Part shown: positions 21,317 through 31,742 of the stretch, one piece after another | Position numbering within the stretch: position 1 is the stretch's first letter | Layout of the letters: each line of letters opens with the position of its first letter | Assembly: GCA_038245785.1 (NCBI GenBank) | Contig: JBBRSB010000004.1 | Coordinates: forward strand, 32,001-96,000 | DNA length: 64,000 bases | DNA from: Gloeobacterales cyanobacterium | GTDB lineage: Bacteria > Cyanobacteriota > Cyanobacteriia > Gloeobacterales > PMM-0068 | Direction: 5' to 3' | Translations under genes and position numbers: made by a program | Notes under the pieces: generated by a model | Database searches by the model: none | Told to the model about the DNA's origin: nothing | Seen by the model: only the letters and a program-made list of their open reading frames with translations

Positions 21317-22060
21317 ATGCTGTCTGTTGAGAATCTTAGTGTCCGCTATCGTCAAAATCTAGCCCTAGAGCAATCGAGCCTCAAGGTTCAGCCCCAAAGA
21401 ATTGTAGGCATCATCGGACCGAATGGGGCCGGAAAATCTACCTTCATCAAGGCCGTTCTGGACTTGATTTCCCATACAGGCACCGTGACCTACAACGACA
21501 GACCCCTCAAGGGGCAGATGAAACGGGTGGCCTATGTCCCGCAACGGACTGCGGTGGATTGGGATTATCCAGCCACCGTGGAAGATGTGGTGATGATGGG
21601 ACGCTGCATCCATATTGGTTGGTTGCGGTGGGCTTCGGCACAAGACCGAGCAATTGTTCGTGAATCTTTAGCGCGGGTAGGAATGGAGTCTTTTGCAGAG
21701 CGTCAAATCGGGGAACTCTCTGGAGGTCAGCAACAACGGGTTTTTATTGCCCGTGCCCTTGCTCAAAAGGCAGATTTACTATTTTTTGATGAACCTTTCG
21801 TGGGCGTAGACCAAACGAGCGAAGCGATTATTTTTCAGATTTTTGAAGAGTTACGCAATGAAAATAAAACGCTCATGGTGGTCAATCATGACCTTGGAGA
21901 AGCAGTCAGCCACTACGATGACATCTTGTTATTGAAAAACCGAATCATAGCCTTTGGTCCACGAGAAACAGTTTTTAATGATCAGAATTTAGCCCTAGCC
22001 TATGGTGGCAAGTTAAGTCGTTTTGTCGATAGCGATGGTTCCACCGTTGTCCTCTCCTAG
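21317..22060 (+). CDS. mntA: Mn ABC transporter ATPase
   Basis: GPNGAGKST, LSGGQQQR and DEPF motifs. Confidence 0.9.
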   Translation: MLSVENLSVRYRQNLALEQSSLKVQPQRIVGIIGPNGAGKSTFIKAVLDLISHTGTVTYNDRPLKGQMKRVAYVPQRTAVDWDYPATVEDVVMMGRCIHIGWLRWASAQDRAIVRESLARVGMESFAERQIGELSGGQQQRVFIARALAQKADLLFFDEPFVGVDQTSEAIIFQIFEELRNENKTLMVVNHDLGEAVSHYDDILLLKNRIIAFGPRETVFNDQNLALAYGGKLSRFVDSDGSTVVLS

Positions 22061-22079
22061 CTCAATAAGTAGGTATCTC

Positions 22080-22982
22080 ATGAATCTAGTCCAACTATTA
22101 GTTGATCCTTTACAGTATGGCTTCATGCAGCGAGCCTTGATTTCTGCTCTCTTAGTAGGGACGATCTGCGCGATTACAGGAAGCTATTTGATCGTTCGTC
22201 GCTTATCTATGTTAGGAGATGCAGTCAGTAGAGCCGTGATGCCTGGGTTGGCCATTGCTTTTCTATTGGGAGCCAACATATTCTTTGGGGCATTCATTGC
22301 TGGCGTGGTCGCCACGGGATTGATTGGTGCCATTCATACTAATTCTAAAATCAAAGAAGATACAGCTATGGGAATTGTGTTTTCCAGCTTTTTCTCTTTT
22401 GGTATTATCCTAATCACTAAGATTCAAAAAGACAACAAGATAGACCTAAATCACTTTTTATTCGGAAATATTTTAGGGGTATCGGAGTCGGACTTAATTA
22501 CAACTTTGGTGATTTCTGTAATCGTCATCGCTACTATCTGCTTAATCTACAAAGAACTTTTATTTCATAGTTTTGACCCTCTTGGCGCAAAATCAGTTGG
22601 CTTGCCAGTTCAGGCTCTCAATCTGATAGTCATGAGTTTGATTGCAGCGACGATTGTGGCTTCTATGCAGTCCGTGGGCGTGATTCTTGTTATCGCCTTG
22701 ATGCTTGGCCCTGGGTCCACTGCCTTTCTGCTAACCAAAAAATTGAAGACGATGATGTTATTATCCGTCGCTGTGGGAGCAGTATCCAGTACGGTGGGTT
22801 TATACCTAAGCTACTATCTCGATATTTCTTCTGGTCCGGCGGTGGTTATGGTCTCTACCGTATTTTTCATCCTCTCTTTCCTCTTCAGTCCCCGCCAGGG
22901 ATTACTCACCCATTTTCTACACAATGGTCAAGATGAGGCTTCAGTCTCGGGTAGTCTGGCTGAGGAAGTGTATAAACAGTAA
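22080..22982 (+). CDS. mntB: Mn ABC transporter permease
   Basis: FMQRAL, GDAVS, EDTAMG and HFLFGNILG motifs; ATG 22080 preferred as start. Confidence 0.9.
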   Translation: MNLVQLLVDPLQYGFMQRALISALLVGTICAITGSYLIVRRLSMLGDAVSRAVMPGLAIAFLLGANIFFGAFIAGVVATGLIGAIHTNSKIKEDTAMGIVFSSFFSFGIILITKIQKDNKIDLNHFLFGNILGVSESDLITTLVISVIVIATICLIYKELLFHSFDPLGAKSVGLPVQALNLIVMSLIAATIVASMQSVGVILVIALMLGPGSTAFLLTKKLKTMMLLSVAVGAVSSTVGLYLSYYLDISSGPAVVMVSTVFFILSFLFSPRQGLLTHFLHNGQDEASVSGSLAEEVYKQ

Positions 22983-23052
22983 AGTGGTTATACTCGGAAT
23001 TGCAGAGTCCCTGTTTTGGAGTTTATTAGACTTATTGCAAGAGGGGTAGAGT

Positions 23053-23631
23053 ATGCAAGCACCCACCACAGCAGCATCCAACCTATCGTTAGAGGAGTTT
23101 CTGAAGCTACCAGAAACCGAACCTGCCAGCGAGTACCTAGACGGTCGGATTTACCAAAAACCTATGCCCCAAGGAAAACATAGTCGTCTCCAAACCCGTT
23201 TATCCGCAGCTATTAATGAGGGTCTTGAGCCGACCCGGATTGGATGCGCTTTTACGGAATTGCGCTGTACCTTTGGCAAGCGTTCCATCATTCCAGATAT
23301 TGCCGTTTTTGCGTGGAATAGAATCCCCATCAACGCTCAAGGGGAAGTTGAAAATATTTTTCCCATTCATCCTGATTGGACCATTGAAATACTCTCTCCA
23401 GACCAGCGCCCCATACGAGTTATCAATAACATTTTGTTCTGTCTTAACCAAGGGACTCAGTTGGGGTGGTTAATTGCTCCAGAGGAGAAAACTGTCATTA
23501 TTTTTCAACCTAATCAGCAACCTATTGCCAAAGAAGTGGATTCTGAGCCACTGCCTGTACTGGAATTACTCGGTGATTGGCAGCTAACCCTAGGTGATCT
23601 ATTCGCCTGGCTCAGTTTTGGCAAAAGTTAA
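23053..23631 (+). CDS. Uma2-family (DUF820) endonuclease
   Basis: LEEFLKLPETEPASEY, PMPQGKHS and PDWTIEILSPDQ motifs. Confidence 0.93.
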   Translation: MQAPTTAASNLSLEEFLKLPETEPASEYLDGRIYQKPMPQGKHSRLQTRLSAAINEGLEPTRIGCAFTELRCTFGKRSIIPDIAVFAWNRIPINAQGEVENIFPIHPDWTIEILSPDQRPIRVINNILFCLNQGTQLGWLIAPEEKTVIIFQPNQQPIAKEVDSEPLPVLELLGDWQLTLGDLFAWLSFGKS

Positions 23632-23963
23632 TGCTCTTGGCTCACTAACGAGCTTCTGAGTTATTATTTTTTGCTCAATAGCATCAGCTTAGCTCGACCG
23701 CATTGAGATGAAAACATCTTCCTCAAAGTCACTTACTGTAGTTAGATAGATATCCCATTCGGGAAGAGGGATAAAAGGATAAGCGCACGCGTATAGAATA
23801 AAACTGCTTAAATGACTTATATCCTTTGGCTTTAGGGTAACCTATTCTTTGAATTCTCTTACTTAATGAGTTTAGCTCTATTGAACCGAGGGCTTAATGA
23901 AATGCCAAGGACGCTTTAATTTTCCTGGGAAGCAATCAGAATCATGGATTTGGACAGATTGGC

Positions 23964-26900
23964 ATGAATAAGGCAGATGAAAAGCGGGTTCAGGATTTTC
24001 TGAGTAAGTGGCTGGATTCGGAGGGTAATGAACGAGCAAATTACCAAACTTTTTTTGGCGATCTGTGCGTTGCTTTGGGGGTGGAGGGGCCATCGCCAAA
24101 GGGAAGCATGGTAGGGGACCCATACTGTTTTGACAAGGACATTAAGTTCTACACAGAGAAGTCTGAGACGACCCGCTTTGCTGACTTTTACAAGGAAGGT
24201 CACTTTTTAGTTGAGGCGAAGCAGGGCAGTAAAGATTCCAGTAAGGGGCACGGGAAGCGCGGCACTAAAACCTACCGAGACGCTATGCAGAGGGCGTTTA
24301 ACCAAGCAAAGTCCTATGCCTATAACCGGATGTTGCCGTCGCTGCCGCCGTTTTTGGTGACGTGCGATATTGGTTCCCATTTTGAAATCTGGGAGGGGTT
24401 TAGCGGAGAGTATGGCAGCTATGGGGCGCGGAGGCCAATCAATCTGAATGATCTGGCGCAGCCAGAGGTGTTTGATCGCTTTGTTGCAATCTTCACCGAT
24501 CCGCAGTCGCTGAACCCGGAGAAATATCGGGCGCGAGTGACGCGAGAGGTGGCGGCAGAGTTAGCAAAACTATCGCGGTGGCTGGAGGAGCAGGGGCGGG
24601 AACCCCATGAGACGGCCAATTTTTTGATGCGCTGCATTTTTACGATGTTTGCGGAGGATGTGGAACTACTGAAGGGGCAAGTATTTACGAAAGCATTGCG
24701 CGATCGCTGGATTCCCAATCCTCATACCTTCAAGGCTGAGATTGAAACACTCTGGCAAACGATGAACACGGGCGGCACGTTTGGGTTTGAGCGGATTTTG
24801 CGGTTCAATGGCAGCTTTTTTGAGGATGCGACGGCGTTTGAGTTGCCGAAGGCACAGCTTGAGGTGCTGTATGCGGCGGCGGCGAAGGATTGGAGTCAGG
24901 TGGAGCCTGCGATTTTTGGGACGTTGCTAGAGCGGGCTCTGGACAAAAAAGAGCGCAGTCGGTTAGGGGCGCACTATACACCACGCTCTTATGTGGAGCG
25001 CTTGGTGCGTCCGGTGGTGATGGAGCCGTTGCGTCAGCAGTGGGATGAGGTGGAACTGGAGCTGAAGCGGGTGCTGAAAACCTCAGAGGGGCAGGAGCCA
25101 ACGGCGGCACAGCGGAAGAAGGCGGAGCAGGAGATCCAGGACTTTTTGGTGCAGCTACGAAAGGTACGGATTTTAGACCCAGCCTGCGGGACAGGAAATT
25201 TCCTGTATGTGACGCTGGATCTGCTGAAGGGGCTGGAGCAGGAGGCAACAACCCGTTTGATCGATGTGGTAGGAACATACAGCTCAATGTGTTGGAACAG
25301 GTGAATCCATCGCAGTTTTTGGGAATTGAGATTAATCCACGGGCAGCAGCGATCGCAGAACTAGTTATCTGGATTGGGTATTTGCAGTGGTATTTCAAGC
25401 GCTATGGCAATTCGGCACCGCCGGAGCCTGTGTTGCAGGCGTTTGGCAATATTGAAAACCGAGATGCTGTGTTGGCCTATGACGGGATGGAGCCGGATGT
25501 GGACTCGAAGACGGGGGCAGTGCGGACGCGTTGGGGTGGGCGGATGATGCGTCATCCGGTGACAGGGGAGGAAGTGCCGGATCCGAGTGATCGGGTGGTG
25601 ATTTATAGATATTTGAATGCACGGGTAGCGGAGTGGCCTGAGGCAGATTACATAATTTCTAATCCGCCATTTGTAGGAAATCGCGATATGCGAATTCTAT
25701 TTGGTGATGGCTATGCTGAAATACTTCGGAAAATATATCAAGACGTTCCTGATACAGTTGATTATGTAATGTATTGGTGGCATAAAGCTGCAAGTTCTAT
25801 TAGAGATAAAAACATAAAGAGTTTTGGTCTTATTACCACAAAGACTATTGGACAGGTGCGTCAAAGAAAAGTCATTGATTTTCACATAAATCAGAAAAAT
25901 CCTATCAAACTATTCTTTGCAATACCAAACCATCCTTGGCCTAATGAGGGTGCAGATGTTCGAATTGCAATGACGGCAGTCTCATTAAGAGACGGTTTAG
26001 AATATCGATTTTCAAGAATAGGAAAAGTTGTTGTCGAGGATTTGGATGGCACTCCAGAAGAAATAGCAGAAAGCTTGCGAATAATTTTTGACAATGTGGG
26101 AATCATTACTAGCAATTTGAGAGGTGGTGTCTCTCTTGATGAGACATTGTCCTTAAAAGCCAATTCAGACTTATGTAGCGATGGAGTAAAACCTTATGGA
26201 TCAGGCTTCCTGATGTCTTCAGATGATTACGAAAAACTTAATGCCGAAAGTAGAAATTTAATCAGAAATTTCAAAAATGGAAGGGATATAAATCAAATTA
26301 GCAGAAATGTTCGGATTATTGACTGTTACGGAATAAATGAGAGTAAGCTTCGTGCTGATTATCCCGAAATTTATCAAATTCTTTTAGAAAGAGTTTTTCC
26401 TGAAAGAACCGTTCAAAGAGATAATAGAATCAAGAATAATTGGTGGCTATTTGAGAGAAGCAGGCCAGAATTGCGTGATGCTATTAAAGATTTAGATCGG
26501 TACATTATCACAGTCAAGACTTCTAAGCATAGGATTTTTATGTTCGAAAGTTGTACTGTACTTCCTGATCAGCAGATCGTTGCATTTGGAATAGATGACG
26601 CTTTTTACTTAGGACTACTTTCGGCAAATGTTCATGTGGTTTGGGCCATAGCTGCAGGAGGCAGATTAGGTATTGGAAATGATCCTCGTTATCTTCAATC
26701 TCGTTGCTTCGATCCTTTCCCATTCCCAGATCCCATGCCTGGGCAAAGGCAGAAAATTCGTGAATTGGGCGATCGCCTCGACTCCCATCGCAAACAAGTC
26801 CAGGCTACCTATCCCGACATCACTATCACCGGAATGTATAACCTGCTCGAAAAACTGCGTTCCGGTCAACCCTTTACCGATGCAGACCGCGACTACAACA

Positions 26901-27442
26901 ACAAAGCTCTCGTCAGCACCCTCAAACAAATCCACGACGACTTAGACCAAGCCGTTTTTGAAGCCTATGGCTGGCAAGACCTCTGGACAGACCAACAAGC
27001 AGGCAAACCCACCGAAGAAATCAACGAAACCATCCTCCAACGCCTCGTCGCCCTCAACGCAGAACGCGCCGCCGAAGAACGCAGCGGCCTCATCCGCTGG
27101 CTACGCCCCGAATACCAAGCCCCCGATCAGGCCAAACCCACCCAAACCACCCTAGAAGGCATCACCCCCGAAGAAGAAGTCATCATCGAACCCGTCGAAC
27201 AGCAAAAATGGCCCACCCAACCTAAAGCCCAACTCGCCGCCATCCGCGACCTACTCCTCACCACCAGCGGCGAATGGACAGTATTACAAATCGCCAGCCA
27301 ATTCACCGGACGGAATACCCAGAAAAAACTGGATGCAATTATTGAAAACTGCGATCGATTGGAATGGTTTGGCGTCCTTATCAGTCGGGAGGAAGAGGGC
27401 ATCACATATTGGCATTATGCTGAACTACAGCAAACAGCCTGA
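23964..27442 (+). CDS. MmeI-like Type IIG/IIL restriction-modification enzyme, split by a frameshift near 25275
   Basis: N-terminal nuclease (ADFYK..LVEAK), RFNG, PAIFGTLLE, GAHYTP, LDPACGTGNF, NPPF, and C-terminal PFPFP and RLVALNAERAAEE. The two ORFs join at VVG/IQLNVLEQ. Confidence 0.88.
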
Positions 27443-27562
27443 AGTGGCTTTAGACCGTTTTTATAAAGCCTGCTTTTACACATGGAGCATCAATTAGTGC
27501 CGCTCTTCCCTCTTCAGGCCACGTCAAGGTTTTCCCACCCATTTTCTTCATAATGTATCTAT

Positions 27563-28465
27563 CTATTCTGATTTTTTCCAAAGCACTTGGTCACGCCAGT
27601 CAGTAGGAAACCCCATATTTTTACTGGGCAAAGAAGGGTGTTTCTCGATTAGGGAAGCAAGTCGATCAGCCCAGTGAGAATTACCTACAATTTCCTTTAA
27701 CAGTATCTGAACAACTACTGCCTGTGCATAAAATCTGTCATTCTCCTTTAAGTAAGTTCGGTAACTATTAGCAATAAGTGGTTTGATTGTAAACCTGCGA
27801 TTCCACAGCCTTGAATGATGTGCACAAAGATTTCTCAGATACGAAATCGTACGCAGCCAAGATCTCATGACTTTGTCGTCCAAATTAAATGTGCTAGCTA
27901 TTTCTTTCTGCTCTGGAAGATGAAGGAATTTATATATTTGTGACACTGTACCAAAAGATAGCACTTCAAAAATCATCCAACTCGGCGGCAACTCAGGGTA
28001 ACCATATGTTTCATAGTAGTGCCGAATAAATGGCTGCTGCGCAGTAGCCACTTTTTCATACCCAACTTCGCGTTTAACTATTCCCAAAAATTCATCATGC
28101 CTAAATTCAGCTTGAAACAAGTTTTTATCCATAAACCAATGAGGATTATGTTTTATGCTCAAAGTATCACTTACAACAGCACGAACTGCTATTTCGATAC
28201 GCTCAAGTGCATCCATAACTAGTAGACGCAGTTTGCGATCGAAGACGTATAAATCCAAAACGTTGTCAAATTTCGTGTAAGGCTTGAACCTCCGAGATGT
28301 AGTTCCATTTTGAAACGGTAAAGCATAGCCTGAAAGGCGATAATAGCCTATAAATCTGAGATAATACTTTGCTTTTTCTCTATCCTCTATAATTAGCCCG
28401 CTTGATAGGAGTAAGTCAACTTGTTGTTCAAGGTTGAGTGCTGGCTTATCAAAATTACTGGACAT
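27563..28465 (-). CDS. Abi_2 / AbiF-AbiD-family HEPN ribonuclease
   Basis: IGYYRLSGY, LYVFDRKLR, PPSWM..EVLSFG and the HEPN motif RNLCAHHSRLWNR. Confidence 0.93.
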   Translation of the reverse strand: MSSNFDKPALNLEQQVDLLLSSGLIIEDREKAKYYLRFIGYYRLSGYALPFQNGTTSRRFKPYTKFDNVLDLYVFDRKLRLLVMDALERIEIAVRAVVSDTLSIKHNPHWFMDKNLFQAEFRHDEFLGIVKREVGYEKVATAQQPFIRHYYETYGYPELPPSWMIFEVLSFGTVSQIYKFLHLPEQKEIASTFNLDDKVMRSWLRTISYLRNLCAHHSRLWNRRFTIKPLIANSYRTYLKENDRFYAQAVVVQILLKEIVGNSHWADRLASLIEKHPSLPSKNMGFPTDWRDQVLWKKSE

Positions 28466-28467
28466 TC

Positions 28468-28512
28468 AAAAACCCACCTGGTGCGCTTGATACAGAGGCG
28501 TGGTGGGTGTTG
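28468..28512. ncRNA. abiF-like structured RNA immediately upstream of the AbiF gene
   Basis: Outer stem ACCCACC(28472-28478)/GGTGGGT(28502-28508) encloses GTGCGC-TTGATACA-GAGGCG and ends a few nt from the ATG. Confidence 0.6.
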
Positions 28513-28590
28513 TTAACTGTGATCTTAGGGTTAACGGCATAACTTTGTCAAGACCACAAGTGCACATAAACATTATGTAAATATAGAAAT

Positions 28591-28969
28591 TGGTGGAGCT
28601 GACGGGAGTCGAACCCGTGTCCATCCGTAGCTATTAGACTCCCATTCATTCACAGGCTTAGCCTCTTTAACCCCAGAGACCGGGCGCTTCGTACCCAAAA
28701 GCGAAGGGTTTCCCTAACTGTTCTTAAGTCGGTATCCGTCAGGACTATACCAACAGCATCCGATGGGGGTTTGCTTAAAGCCTTATCGGCGTTAACTTTA
28801 AGCCTCTCACACAAATTAAGGCAATTTGTGCTTACGCGGCCAAGGCCACCTTACGAGAGAAAGGAACGAAGTTGTTCGCATTTACTGTTTTGAACTGATT
28901 TTACGGGATCGGATCACTCCCGGCCTGCAGAGAAGCGGTTCGCTAGAATGTCGAAACCGTGACAGCCCC
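28591..28969 (-). ncRNA. ssrA: tmRNA
   Basis: 5' GGGGCTGTCACGGTTTCGAC and 3' TTCGACTCCCGTCAGCTCCACCA; tag frame ANNFVPFSRKVALAA-stop. Confidence 0.97.
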
Positions 28970-29134
28970 TTGCTCCTCTATTGTGCCATATTCTTCTGCT
29001 CTGCTGGGAATAGATTGAGTCCAGTCAGTTTGATAATGCCTAAATCTCACCTAGTAAAGTTACTGAGTAATGCGCTTGACATAGTAACGGGTCAGATTTT
29101 GGGATAATCAAGGACATAGTACCTTCAGCCCCTC

Positions 29135-30643
29135 ATGAATTTAGCTCATCTCCTAGACCAGTCTGCCACCGCTTATCCCGACCGCATCGCCTTTATTAAT
29201 GCAGAACAGCATTTGAGCTACCAGGAATTTCAGCAGCAATCCATGGTTTTGGCGGGGGGATTCAAACGGTTAGGAGTAAGAAAAGGTGACAGAGTGGCCA
29301 TCATGCTACCCAACACCTTGCTCTTTCCCTCTTTGGTTTATGCCATTTGGCGATTGGGAGCACAACTGGTCACCGTCAACCCCCTGATGAAATCTCAAGA
29401 GGTCGAGTACATCGTCAAAAACAGTGAAGCCAGCGTTCTGGTAACGTTAGGAGCCTTATCCGATGTCTTGGATCTCCCCGATTATCAAGGAGCTTGGGTC
29501 GCTGTTGGAGAAACCAGTCGGGATGCCGTGCCCTATGCCCAACTTTTCCAAGCGCCCCCAGTCATCCAACCAGAACCCCTGGAAGCGGAGGATGTGGTAG
29601 CGGTTATTTATACCTCTGGAACTACAGGTAGGCCCAAGGGAGCGATGCTGACGAGTAGAAATCTGGACTTCGACTCAGCAGTAGCGCGTGAAGCGATAAA
29701 AGTAACTAAAGAAGACCGTTTCTACTGCGTTTTGCCCTTATTTCATATTTATGCACTTAATGTCGCTTTATTAGTCAGTGTTCGGAGTGGAGCCAGTGTT
29801 TTCCTGGAGCCTCGGTTTGTCCCCCATGTGACGCTGAAGCATCTTAAAGAATTTGAATGCAACATTTTCCTAGGAGTGCCTGCCCTTTTCAGTGCTCTAC
29901 TGGCAGCCTCAGGAGAGGGTAATTTGCAAAAGTTGAGATGCTGTATATCTGGCAGCGCACCTCTAACGATTTCTGTCTTAAAACAATTCGAGGAAAAATT
30001 TCAGACCATCATCTTAGAAGGGGATGGCCCGACTGAATGTTCTCCTGTTACCACGTTTAATCCTATCGATGGATCTCGAAAAGTTGGCTCTATTGGCCTG
30101 CCGCTATCGGGAATCGAAATGGCTATCGTTGACCCCGATACCGATGAGTTGATGCCTGCGGGAGAGGTAGGAGAGCTCGTAGTCAAGGGAGAAAATGTAT
30201 TTAAGGGATATCTTAATCAGCCAGAGGAAACGGCTAAAGTGCTCAAAAATGGCTGGTATCACACAGGAGATTTGGGTTCTGTAGATGAAGATGGGTACTT
30301 TTATATAGTGGACCGTCTCAAAGACTTGATCATTGTCGGGGGGATGAATGTTTATGCCCGTGAAGTAGAAGAGATAATCCATCAGTATTCGGCCATCACA
30401 GCCTGTGCCGTAGTCGGTGAATACGATGGATTACGAGGAGAAGTAGTTCATGCTTTTGTAGAAGTAAAAGAGAAGAAAGATTCTCTTGAAAGAGACTTAA
30501 TCAAATTTACCCGTGAAAAACTAGCAGACTATAAATGCCCACGCAAAGTCACTGTTCTAGAACAACTTCCTCGCTCTCTAACAGGGAAAATCTTAAAGCG
30601 GACCTTAAAGGAAGGAATGAAAGGGTATTCACTTAAAGACTAA
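29135..30643 (+). CDS. Long-chain fatty acid-CoA ligase (AMP-binding)
   Basis: YTSGTTGRPKG, HTGDLG, DRLKDLII and GKILK motifs. Confidence 0.92.
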   Translation: MNLAHLLDQSATAYPDRIAFINAEQHLSYQEFQQQSMVLAGGFKRLGVRKGDRVAIMLPNTLLFPSLVYAIWRLGAQLVTVNPLMKSQEVEYIVKNSEASVLVTLGALSDVLDLPDYQGAWVAVGETSRDAVPYAQLFQAPPVIQPEPLEAEDVVAVIYTSGTTGRPKGAMLTSRNLDFDSAVAREAIKVTKEDRFYCVLPLFHIYALNVALLVSVRSGASVFLEPRFVPHVTLKHLKEFECNIFLGVPALFSALLAASGEGNLQKLRCCISGSAPLTISVLKQFEEKFQTIILEGDGPTECSPVTTFNPIDGSRKVGSIGLPLSGIEMAIVDPDTDELMPAGEVGELVVKGENVFKGYLNQPEETAKVLKNGWYHTGDLGSVDEDGYFYIVDRLKDLIIVGGMNVYAREVEEIIHQYSAITACAVVGEYDGLRGEVVHAFVEVKEKKDSLERDLIKFTREKLADYKCPRKVTVLEQLPRSLTGKILKRTLKEGMKGYSLKD

Positions 30644-30657
30644 GGCACTGAGTATCT

Positions 30658-31212
30658 ATGGAGCACGGCTTAGATTATGTAGAACTGCGACTTGCTCTGA
30701 TTAGAGAGATTGAGAAAGCCTTTGGGCATATCGATAAAGTTAGTAATCACGAAAAAATATATGCCTTTGGTTTATATACCAATGCCGAGGGGAGCTATCT
30801 ATACCCGACGGCTAATACAGAGGAAGGACTGCTTCGAAAGGCCAAGAGTTATTCAAAAGTGTACTCCTTGAAACAGAGTTCTAAAATCTTGCGATGGAGT
30901 CCTAGTCATTGGGATTACCATCTGGAAGGCCAAGAATATTTCGAGGAAGTCAATAGAATTCTAAATTCAGGATGGTCTAAGGATTATGGTGAATTTATTC
31001 CTGAGCCTAAGATTATTTTTCAGATTTGTATCAATGTACTTATGCTCCTCAATAGTGATTCTACTTTTGGTTTGAGGCAGTCTAGAAGTCCTATTCTGCT
31101 TAATCTGTTTAAAGGCAGCCAAGAGACAGAAGAACTGATATCGCAAGCAAGAATATTAAATAGCTTGGCTCAATGCAATCAGTTTGAGGAGGAGTTGCGT
31201 CCAGGGATTTAG
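30658..31212 (+). CDS. DUF4303-like protein
   Basis: EKIYAFGLY, PTANTEE and RWSPSHW pattern. Confidence 0.65.
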   Translation: MEHGLDYVELRLALIREIEKAFGHIDKVSNHEKIYAFGLYTNAEGSYLYPTANTEEGLLRKAKSYSKVYSLKQSSKILRWSPSHWDYHLEGQEYFEEVNRILNSGWSKDYGEFIPEPKIIFQICINVLMLLNSDSTFGLRQSRSPILLNLFKGSQETEELISQARILNSLAQCNQFEEELRPGI

Positions 31213-31733
31213 AGTAGCATCAGACTCACTTCAAACCGCTTAGACATCAGAGTAACATCTATAAATTTTGGGGGAGCCCAAATTGCTATATCTCCTCCAG
31301 GACAGCTGACTACCCGCCAACATTCATCCGGTCTTCCCATCGATACTCCAACTTGCCAGCATTCATACAGATCATGTTTTCCATTGAGGAAGAAAACATC
31401 ACCAGAGGCTAATGTTAAAATCAGGTGTGGGTGCAAGTCGCCTAATTGCACATCGACAATGACTTGTTCTCGTAGTCTACATAAGATTTTTAATTCTTCT
31501 TCTATAGAAAGAGCTGGAATATCCTCTTCCTGTGTAGAGTGATTTTCTGATACAGCTGAAAATAGAGCCCATAATGATTCTAAATTAAGATGAATTTGAC
31601 CACGAAGAAGTACTTTATCTGACTTTTGAATGAGTAACTGAAGTTTAGGCCCAAATTTAATGCCATCCATGCGCGCTCCTAAAAGTAGATGCCGCAACAC
31701 CGCTTCTGCTAAGTATTTATCTTTAGGATTCAT
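31209..31733 (-). CDS. Hypothetical protein (AT-rich)
   Basis: 174-aa ORF directly after the THUMP methyltransferase; no motif recognised. Confidence 0.65.
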   Translation of the reverse strand: MNPKDKYLAEAVLRHLLLGARMDGIKFGPKLQLLIQKSDKVLLRGQIHLNLESLWALFSAVSENHSTQEEDIPALSIEEELKILCRLREQVIVDVQLGDLHPHLILTLASGDVFFLNGKHDLYECWQVGVSMGRPDECWRVVSCPGGDIAIWAPPKFIDVTLMSKRFEVSLMLL

Positions 31734-31742
31734 AATATTCTT

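Noticed and set aside
24805..25622. Pro-rich antisense ORFs within the R-M gene
   Set aside because: They are shadow frames produced by the G-rich coding strand.
28559..28583. dif-like sequence AGTGCACATAA-ACA-TTATGTAAAT next to the ssrA 3' end, plus CATAATGTAT near 27549
   Set aside because: The spacer is 3 bp rather than 6, and the second site has no XerD arm, so it is too weak to call a dif or pdif module.
28826..29107. 93-aa ORF on + strand
   Set aside because: It is antisense to tmRNA and has no protein features.
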